DNA from: Candidatus Tepidifontimicrobium thermophilum
Lineage (GTDB): Bacteria; Sysuimicrobiota; Sysuimicrobiia; Sysuimicrobiales; Sysuimicrobiaceae
Direction: 5' to 3'
Assembly (NCBI GenBank): GCA_031459915.1
Contig: JAVKHO010000010.1
Span: forward strand, 32,001-96,000
Length of the DNA stretch: 64,000 bases
Below the pieces are notes generated by a model that did not search any database, was not told where the DNA came from, and worked only from the letters and a program-made list of their open reading frames with translations. The translations under genes were made by a program, and so were the position numbers. Shown one piece after another: positions 56,805 to 64,000 of this stretch; the first letter of the stretch is position 1, and the number at the start of each line of letters is the position of its first letter.

Positions 56805-57683
56805 ATGCCCGAGCTCCTGACGGTCCTGGTGTACGGGCTGGTGCAGGCCGCCGTGCTGCTGCTGGTGGCCCTGGGGTTTAGTGTGACCTTCGGGCTGTCG
56901 GGCATCCCCAACTTCTCCCACGGCGGGGTCTACATCCTGTCCGGATTTGTGTGCTGGTTTTCGCTGCGGAAGCTGGGCTGGCCGTACCCGCTGGCGGTGG
57001 CCGCCAGCGTGGCGGTGGCGGCCACAGTAGGCCTGCTGGTCTACGCGGCTGTGATCCGGCCCGTACGCCGGCTGGTCCTGGCGGAGGTCATCGCCACCTT
57101 CGCGGTGGGGGTGGCCATGCTGGAGCTGTTCCGCTGGATGGGGCTGGTGACCTACGAGTTCAACCTGCCCGCGGTGGTGGCGGGCTCCGTGGCTCTGGGA
57201 GACGTGGTGGTGGACGCGCACCGCCTGGTGGTGGTGGCCAGCGCGGCGGGACTCGGGCTCGCCCTGTGGTGGTTCGGCCGCGCCACCCGCACCGGCCTGG
57301 CCCTGCGGGCCATGGCGCAGGAGGAGTACACCGCGCTCAGCCTGGGCATCCGGGAAGACCGCATGGCAGCTTTGAGCGTGGTCCTCGGCAGCGCCCTGGC
57401 CGCGGTGGCGGCGGTCCTGGTGCTCCCCCTGGGTCTGATCTCCATCAACCTGGGCTACGACGCCATGCTGGTGGCCCTCGCGGTCACCGTGACGGGCGGT
57501 ACAGAGCGCACCGCGGGGCTGGTACTGGCCGCGCTGCTGCTGGGCCTGTCCACGGTGGTGGCCGGCGTTCTGATCGGGCCCCACTGGAGCGAGGTGGTGT
57601 ACCTGGCTGCCATCGTGGCGGTGCTGGCGGTGCGTCCGTCAGGGATCCTCGGCCGGCTGAAGGAGCTGGAGGAGCGGGTTTGA
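56805..57683 (+). CDS. ABC permease (LivH-like)
   Basis: ALGFSVTFG..NFSHG, TRTGLALRA, RPSGILG. Confidence 0.88.
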   Translation: MPELLTVLVYGLVQAAVLLLVALGFSVTFGLSGIPNFSHGGVYILSGFVCWFSLRKLGWPYPLAVAASVAVAATVGLLVYAAVIRPVRRLVLAEVIATFAVGVAMLELFRWMGLVTYEFNLPAVVAGSVALGDVVVDAHRLVVVASAAGLGLALWWFGRATRTGLALRAMAQEEYTALSLGIREDRMAALSVVLGSALAAVAAVLVLPLGLISINLGYDAMLVALAVTVTGGTERTAGLVLAALLLGLSTVVAGVLIGPHWSEVVYLAAIVAVLAVRPSGILGRLKELEERV

Positions 57684-58699
57684 AGGCACCTGTGGCCTAC
57701 CGCCGGGAGCGGCTGGACCGTGGCATCAAGGTCCGGTCTGACGACATCTTCGCGCTGGCGGGCTGGCCCGAGATCCTCTACCTGGCCGGGCCGCGGGTGG
57801 CCGCGGCCGGGTTCCTGCTGGTCTTTCCCCTCCTCCGGAACTGGACCGGCGACTACTGGCAGACGGTGTTCCTGGTGGCAGTTTCCATGATGCTGGCCGC
57901 GGTGAGCTGGGCCTTCCTGGAAAACGTGGGGTTGGTCTCCCTGGGCCACAGCCTGTTCTTCGGAGCGGGCGGGTACCTGACGGCCATCGCGGTCCTGGAC
58001 CTGGGCCTGCCCCCGCTGCTGGCGGTGCTCCTGGGCACCGTGGGGGCTGCGGCGGGCTGCGCGGTGCTGCTGGCCCCGGTGCTGCGGCTGCGCGGGGTGT
58101 ACTTCAGCCTCGTGACGTTCGCGCTGCCCCTGCTGTTCGCCCGGGTCATCGAGGCCACGAAGGTCCTGGGAGGGACCGAAGGGCTGGCCGGGATCCCCGG
58201 CTTGGGTTCCCTGGAGGTGCGCCAGTACCTGCTGGTGGTCGGGCTGTTGAGCGCCACCTTCGGGCTGCAGAGGCTGCTGGACAGCGACTACGGGCTCGTC
58301 CTGCACGCCATCCGCGACAACGACCTGAGCGTGCGGGCTTCCGGGATCCCCGTAGGGTGGTGGAAGTTCGGTGCCGTACTGGTGGGGGTGTTGCCTGCGG
58401 CCCTGGCCGGCGCGGTGCTGGCCACCCACTACCACGTGGTGGGCATGTCCGCCTTCGCCCTGGACTACTCGGTGCTGCCCCTGACCGCGGCGGTGCTGGG
58501 CGGTTCCGGAGCCATGGCGGGTGCCGCGGTGGGCGCGGCCCTGCTGGTGCCCTTTTCGGAGCTGCTGCGGGCCTTCGGGACCCTGCGGGTGGTGGCCTAC
58601 TGCGCGGTGCTGGTCCTGGTCCTGGTCAGCGTGCCGGAGGGTCTATTCAGCGTGGTGCGCAGGCGTTACCACCAGTTCGAGCGCTGGGTCCCCCTGTAG
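57680..58699 (+). CDS. ABC permease (LivM-like)
   Basis: GLVSLGHSLFFG, LRGVYFSLVT, AIRDND, PEGL. Confidence 0.85.
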   Translation: MKAPVAYRRERLDRGIKVRSDDIFALAGWPEILYLAGPRVAAAGFLLVFPLLRNWTGDYWQTVFLVAVSMMLAAVSWAFLENVGLVSLGHSLFFGAGGYLTAIAVLDLGLPPLLAVLLGTVGAAAGCAVLLAPVLRLRGVYFSLVTFALPLLFARVIEATKVLGGTEGLAGIPGLGSLEVRQYLLVVGLLSATFGLQRLLDSDYGLVLHAIRDNDLSVRASGIPVGWWKFGAVLVGVLPAALAGAVLATHYHVVGMSAFALDYSVLPLTAAVLGGSGAMAGAAVGAALLVPFSELLRAFGTLRVVAYCAVLVLVLVSVPEGLFSVVRRRYHQFERWVPL

Positions 58700-58706
58700 G
58701 TGTGCC

Positions 58707-59465
58707 GTGGAGTCCCTTCTCGTGGTGGACCGGTTGGGCAAGCAGTTCGGCGGCGTCCGCGCGCTGGACGGGGTGAGCCTCGAGGTGAGGCCGGGGGAGG
58801 CGGTGGGCATCATCGGGCCCAACGGCTCCGGCAAGACCACCCTGGTGAACCTCATCACGGGCTTCGTGCGGCCCGACAGCGGTCGGGTGGTCTTCCGGGG
58901 CGTGGACATCACGCGGACCTCCGTGGAGGCCCGGGTGCGGATGGGGATCGCGCGTAGCTTCCAGACCCCCAGGCCCTTCTACCGGCTGCCGGCCTTCCGC
59001 AACGTGATCATCCCCCTGTGTTCCCGGCGGGCACGGGAGCGCCTGGGGTCGGGGTTCGGACGGCGGGAGGAGGTGGCGCTGGACCTCCTGGAGGAAGTGG
59101 GGTTCGAGCGGGACGCCGCGGCGGTCACCAAGCCCGCCTCCGAGCTCCCCCACGGCTACCTGAAGCGTCTGGAGCTGGCCCGTTGCCTGGCCCTGGACCC
59201 CCAGCTGCTGCTGCTGGACGAGCTGTTCTCGGGCATGAGCCCCGCGGAGACCGCGAGCCTCATCCCCCTGCTGCTGCGCCTGGTGGAGGAGGGCCGGTCT
59301 TTGGTCCTGGTAGAGCACCGGCTCGCGGAGCTTTTCCAGGTGGTCGGGCGGGTGGTGGTGCTGGACTTCGGGCGGAAGATCGCGGAGGGACACCCCGCGG
59401 ACGTGATGGCGCGGGAGGAGGTCCGCAGGGCGTACCTGGGTGGGGAGGTGTCCGCGTCTGCTTGA
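58707..59465 (+). CDS. ABC ATPase (LivG-like)
   Basis: GPNGSGKTT, RLELAR, LLDE, VEH. Confidence 0.88.
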   Translation: MESLLVVDRLGKQFGGVRALDGVSLEVRPGEAVGIIGPNGSGKTTLVNLITGFVRPDSGRVVFRGVDITRTSVEARVRMGIARSFQTPRPFYRLPAFRNVIIPLCSRRARERLGSGFGRREEVALDLLEEVGFERDAAAVTKPASELPHGYLKRLELARCLALDPQLLLLDELFSGMSPAETASLIPLLLRLVEEGRSLVLVEHRLAELFQVVGRVVVLDFGRKIAEGHPADVMAREEVRRAYLGGEVSASA

Positions 59466-60228
59466 GGTGGACCGCCTCGTGGTGTTCTACGAGAACGCCC
59501 TGGCGCTCAACGAGGTCAGCGTGCAGCTGAACCCGGCAGAGGTGGTAGGGGTTTTCGGGTCCAACGGGGCCGGCAAGACCACCCTGCTGAACACCGTGGC
59601 CGGGCTCACGTTGGTCTACGCGCGGCGGGAGGCCCGGCGCGGAGGGGTCCGGGTCACCGTGGCCGGACAGGTCCGCCTGGAAGGGCAGGACATCACAGCT
59701 TGGGACGTGCCCGAGCGGGTACGGAGGGGACTCGTGCTCTGCCGGGAGCGGCACGCGGTGTTCCGGGATCTCACGGTCTCAGAGAACCTGCGCCTGGGCG
59801 GCTATCTCCGCTCGCGCGCGGAGGTGGAGGAGAGTGTGGCGTTCGCCTGCGAGCTCATGCCGCCCCTGCGCCGGCTGTGGCGCAAGCCCGCGGGCATGCT
59901 CAGCGGGGGCGAGCAGCAGATGGTGGCCATCGGGATGGCCCTCGCAGCCCGGCCGCGGTGGCTGCTGCTGGACGAACCCCTGCTGGGGCTGAGCCCCGCC
60001 CTGCAGGCGGAGATCGTGCGGGTGGTGGGCGAGATCCGCCGCCACGGGGTCGCGGTCCTGGTGGCCGAGCAGTACGCGCGGGCGGTGCTGCCGGTGGTGG
60101 ACCGCGGGTACGTGGTCGAGAGCGGGGCCCTGGTCCTGAGCGGCACCCGGTCCGAGCTGGCCTCCCAGGCGGAGGTGCAGGCGGCCTACTTCGGAGGGAG
60201 CTGGGCTTCCCCACGCACGCACCCATGA
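59440..60228 (+). CDS. ABC ATPase (LivF-like); start approximate
   Basis: GSNGAGKTT, LSGGEQQM, DEPLLG. Confidence 0.85.
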   Translation: MGRCPRLLEVDRLVVFYENALALNEVSVQLNPAEVVGVFGSNGAGKTTLLNTVAGLTLVYARREARRGGVRVTVAGQVRLEGQDITAWDVPERVRRGLVLCRERHAVFRDLTVSENLRLGGYLRSRAEVEESVAFACELMPPLRRLWRKPAGMLSGGEQQMVAIGMALAARPRWLLLDEPLLGLSPALQAEIVRVVGEIRRHGVAVLVAEQYARAVLPVVDRGYVVESGALVLSGTRSELASQAEVQAAYFGGSWASPRTHP

Positions 60229-61964
60229 GCTTTTCTGTCCTGGACGACGCTTTCCGCAAGGCCGCAGCCGACGCCCGGGGACGTGTGGCCCTGGTCTACC
60301 TGGGGCAGGCCTACACCTTCGGGGACCTGGAAGAGCTGGTGGAGCGGACGAGTCGGGGTCTGGTCCGGTTGGGCGTGGCCGAGGGCGAGCGCGTGGTGCT
60401 GTACCTTCCCCACTGCCCGCAGTGGCTGGTGGTCTGGCTGGCGCTGCAGCGCCTGGGAGCCGTGGCGGTCCCGGCCTCGCACCAGTACGCGGCCCAGGAC
60501 GTGGCCTACATCGTCGCGGACGCGGGCGCGGGGGTGCTGGTGTGCTCGGACACGCTGTTCGGCTACGCAGCGCGGGTGCACCAGCAGGTGCCCCTGCGGG
60601 CGCTGGTGGTGACCGGCCTGGGCGACCTTTTGCCCTGGTGGAAGCGGGCCTTGGGCAGGAGCCTGGACCGTCTTCCCACGGGCCGGGTCAGACGTCTGCC
60701 AGAGGTGTGCACCTTCCGCGAGGTCCTTTCAGGTGTGCCCCGGCTCCCCGCAGGCCCTCCTGACGGTTCAGGCGCTCCGGAAGCCGGGCTGTGCGAGCTG
60801 CTGTACACCGGCGGCACCCTCGGACACCCGAAAGGGGTGCCCATCTCGCAGCACGCGCTGTTGGACAGCGTGCGGGTGCAGCGGGAAGCCAGCCTGGACG
60901 TGGTCCCGCGCGGGTCCGACGTGGTGGTCCAGGGAGCCCCGCTGTACCACATCCTGGGTCAGGCCATGGCTCTGGGTGCCCTGCTGTCCGGGGAGACGGT
61001 CCTGCTGCTCCCCCGGATGAACTGGGACGCCCTGTTCCACCACGTCCAGCGGTACCGCGCCACCACCCTCTTCGGGACGCCTGCCCTGTTCCGGACCCTG
61101 CTGGAGCACGACCGGGCGGACCTGTACGACCTTTCGTCCCTGCGCTACTGCTTCTCCGCCGGAGACGCCCTGCCCGTGGAGGTCGCCCGGCGGTGGAAGG
61201 CCAGGTTCGGCCAGCAGATCTACCAGGGCTACGGCGCCACGGAGGCGTGCGGGGCCATCTCCCTGACCCCTGCGGGCCACGAGTTCCCGGAGGGGACCGT
61301 GGGGCGGGTGGCGCGGTCGCGGGAGATCCTGCTGGTGGATCCCCAGACCCTCGAGCCCGTAGGCCCCGGGCAGCCAGGAGAGCTGTGGGTGTGGGGTCCC
61401 CACCTGCCCACCCGGTACTGGAACAAGCCGGAGGAGAGCCGCCAGGCGTTTGTGGAGCGCGGGGGACGGGTGTGGTACCGGACCGGAGACATCCTGCGGC
61501 TGGACCCGGACGGCTGGCTGTTTTTCGTGGACCGCTCCGCGGACCTCATCAAGAAGCGCGGCTACCGGGTGGCGGCGGCCCGGGTGGAGTCGGTCCTGCA
61601 GGAGCACCCCGCGGTGGTGGCCGCCTGCGTGGTGGGGGTGCCCGACGACGAGGTGGGCGAGCGGGTGAAAGCCTTCGTGGTCCTGAAAGAAGGAACGCGG
61701 GGGGTTTCCGCCTACGAACTGACCCGCTGGTGCCGGGAGCGGCTGGCTCCCTACGAGGTCCCGGACTACGTGGAGTTCCGCGACATGCTGCCGAAGTCGC
61801 GGGTGGGAAAGCTCCTCCGGCGGGAGCTGCGGGAAGAAGAGCGGCGCAAGCGGGCTCCCTCCGGAGGCGCGGGAGCGACCCTGACCCGGGCTGGCGGCAG
61901 CCCTGCGTCCGCGGCGGCCCTGGGACGGGCCACGGTGGACCGCGCTCCGCTTGACAGCCCGTAG
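60225..61964 (+). CDS. AMP-forming acyl/aryl-CoA ligase with apparent read-through C-terminal tail
   Basis: YTGGTLGHPKG, YGATE, YRTGD, LPKSRVGKLLRR. Confidence 0.88.
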   Translation: MSFSVLDDAFRKAAADARGRVALVYLGQAYTFGDLEELVERTSRGLVRLGVAEGERVVLYLPHCPQWLVVWLALQRLGAVAVPASHQYAAQDVAYIVADAGAGVLVCSDTLFGYAARVHQQVPLRALVVTGLGDLLPWWKRALGRSLDRLPTGRVRRLPEVCTFREVLSGVPRLPAGPPDGSGAPEAGLCELLYTGGTLGHPKGVPISQHALLDSVRVQREASLDVVPRGSDVVVQGAPLYHILGQAMALGALLSGETVLLLPRMNWDALFHHVQRYRATTLFGTPALFRTLLEHDRADLYDLSSLRYCFSAGDALPVEVARRWKARFGQQIYQGYGATEACGAISLTPAGHEFPEGTVGRVARSREILLVDPQTLEPVGPGQPGELWVWGPHLPTRYWNKPEESRQAFVERGGRVWYRTGDILRLDPDGWLFFVDRSADLIKKRGYRVAAARVESVLQEHPAVVAACVVGVPDDEVGERVKAFVVLKEGTRGVSAYELTRWCRERLAPYEVPDYVEFRDMLPKSRVGKLLRRELREEERRKRAPSGGAGATLTRAGGSPASAAALGRATVDRAPLDSP

Positions 61965-61978
61965 GCGGCTGGTAGGAT
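61951..61978 (+). promoter_or_regulatory. rrn promoter P1 (TTGACA-16-TAGGAT)
   Basis: Consensus -35 and 16-nt spacer, as is typical of rRNA promoters. Confidence 0.7.
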
Positions 61979-62090
61979 ACGGATGGCTGCCCGGCGGGGC
62001 GCTGCGGACCGGGCGGCTTTCCCGAGTCCCCCGGCGGGCAGGAACCTGGTCTGGCGCGGGCTCGGGCGCGCGGGGTCGGTCGCCCGTCCG

Positions 62091-62119
62091 TTGACAGACC
62101 GGATACCGCGTGGTAGTCT
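62091..62119 (+). promoter_or_regulatory. rrn promoter P2 (TTGACA-17-TAGTCT, TG extension)
   Basis: Consensus -35; TGG immediately before the -10. Confidence 0.7.
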
Positions 62120-62149
62120 AAGCTTCCGCCGGTAACAGACCGGCGCGGA

Positions 62150-62177
62150 CCTTGAAAACCGGATCGTGGCAGGAACG
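62150..62177 (+). other. 5' arm of 16S processing stem / boxA-like element
   Basis: CGTGGCAGGAACG (62165-62177) is the exact reverse complement of 63858-63870; CCTTGAAAACCG pairs with CGGTTTTAGG in the ITS. Confidence 0.75.
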
Positions 62178-62243
62178 ACGCGGCCGGAACAGAAATCCCC
62201 CGGGTCGGACTTCCGGCCCGAGGTGAGTCAGGGATTGAACTTT

Positions 62244-63805
<1,562 letters not shown>

Positions 63806-63885
63806 CTAAGGAGCTCCGCGGTCCGGACCCCTCCGGGTCTGGACCGCAGGTCGCGGCCGTTCCTGCCACGCTCGGTTTTAGGTCC

Positions 63886-63919
63886 CCGCGGAGGAGGCGA
63901 ACGTTCGCCTCCTCCGCGG
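63886..63919. repeat. Perfect 34-bp palindrome in the ITS
   Basis: CCGCGGAGGAGGCGAAC|GTTCGCCTCCTCCGCGG. Confidence 0.9.
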
Positions 63920-64000
63920 CGTGATACCACCCCGCACGAGACGCGGGGGGCGAACCTTGACAACCGCATAGCGAGAGCCAGACGCAAGGGCCAAGACCAA

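Noticed and set aside
299..61954. Many long alternative-frame and antisense ORFs (e.g. 2415..4211, 15193..17262, 49158..51065, 55518..57584)
   Set aside because: Gly/Arg/Pro/Ala-rich shadow ORFs overlapping recognisable genes; expected at this GC content
2006..61964. Pyrrolysine or amber recoding suggested by frequent TAG
   Set aside because: TAGs fall at natural protein ends and are followed by new RBS/start codons; no pyl genes are present

Overview
A very GC-rich bacterial window, probably from a thermophile. The 16S gene tentatively suggests the GAL15/CSP1-3 ('Armatimonadota'-labelled) lineage, but this needs classification. About 57 kb (4.3-62 kb) is an aromatic-acid catabolic supercluster. 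(i) ubiX, a FadR/GntR regulator, a heterodimeric class III CoA-transferase and four tandem UbiD (prFMN) (de)carboxylases. The first UbiD looks like phthaloyl-CoA decarboxylase, and a PNPOx-like flavin-binding gene sits among them. (ii) A three-subunit 4-hydroxybenzoyl-CoA-reductase-like molybdoenzyme whose conserved active-site Glu is Gln. (iii) A four-subunit ATP-dependent class I benzoyl-CoA reductase, followed by an amidohydrolase, a BadH-like SDR, a hemerythrin-domain protein and a TetR, with no canonical Had/Oah. (iv) An mntR-mntH-usp insert. (v) Lower-pathway genes (gcdH, paaH/paaF-like). (vi) A rearranged PaaABCD-like di-iron epoxidase (split PaaD, duplicated PaaB, no PaaE/G/Z/K) flanked by two benzoate-CoA ligases, a crotonase and two aldehyde dehydrogenases. 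(vii) Two Liv-type ABC importers, a class I CoA-transferase and a further CoA ligase. A shared 16-bp palindrome (TTGACCG-NN-CGGTCAA-like) lies in front of the hcr, bcr, epoxidase/ligase and ABC operons. This points to one regulon covering both O2-independent and O2-dependent aroyl-CoA dearomatisation. The window opens with peptide ABC permeases, a guaB-like gene that may be a GMP reductase, and DUF92. It ends with tandem rRNA promoters, 16S rRNA and an ITS with no visible tRNA. No CRISPR arrays or mobile elements were seen. All family assignments come from motif recognition by eye, not database searches.
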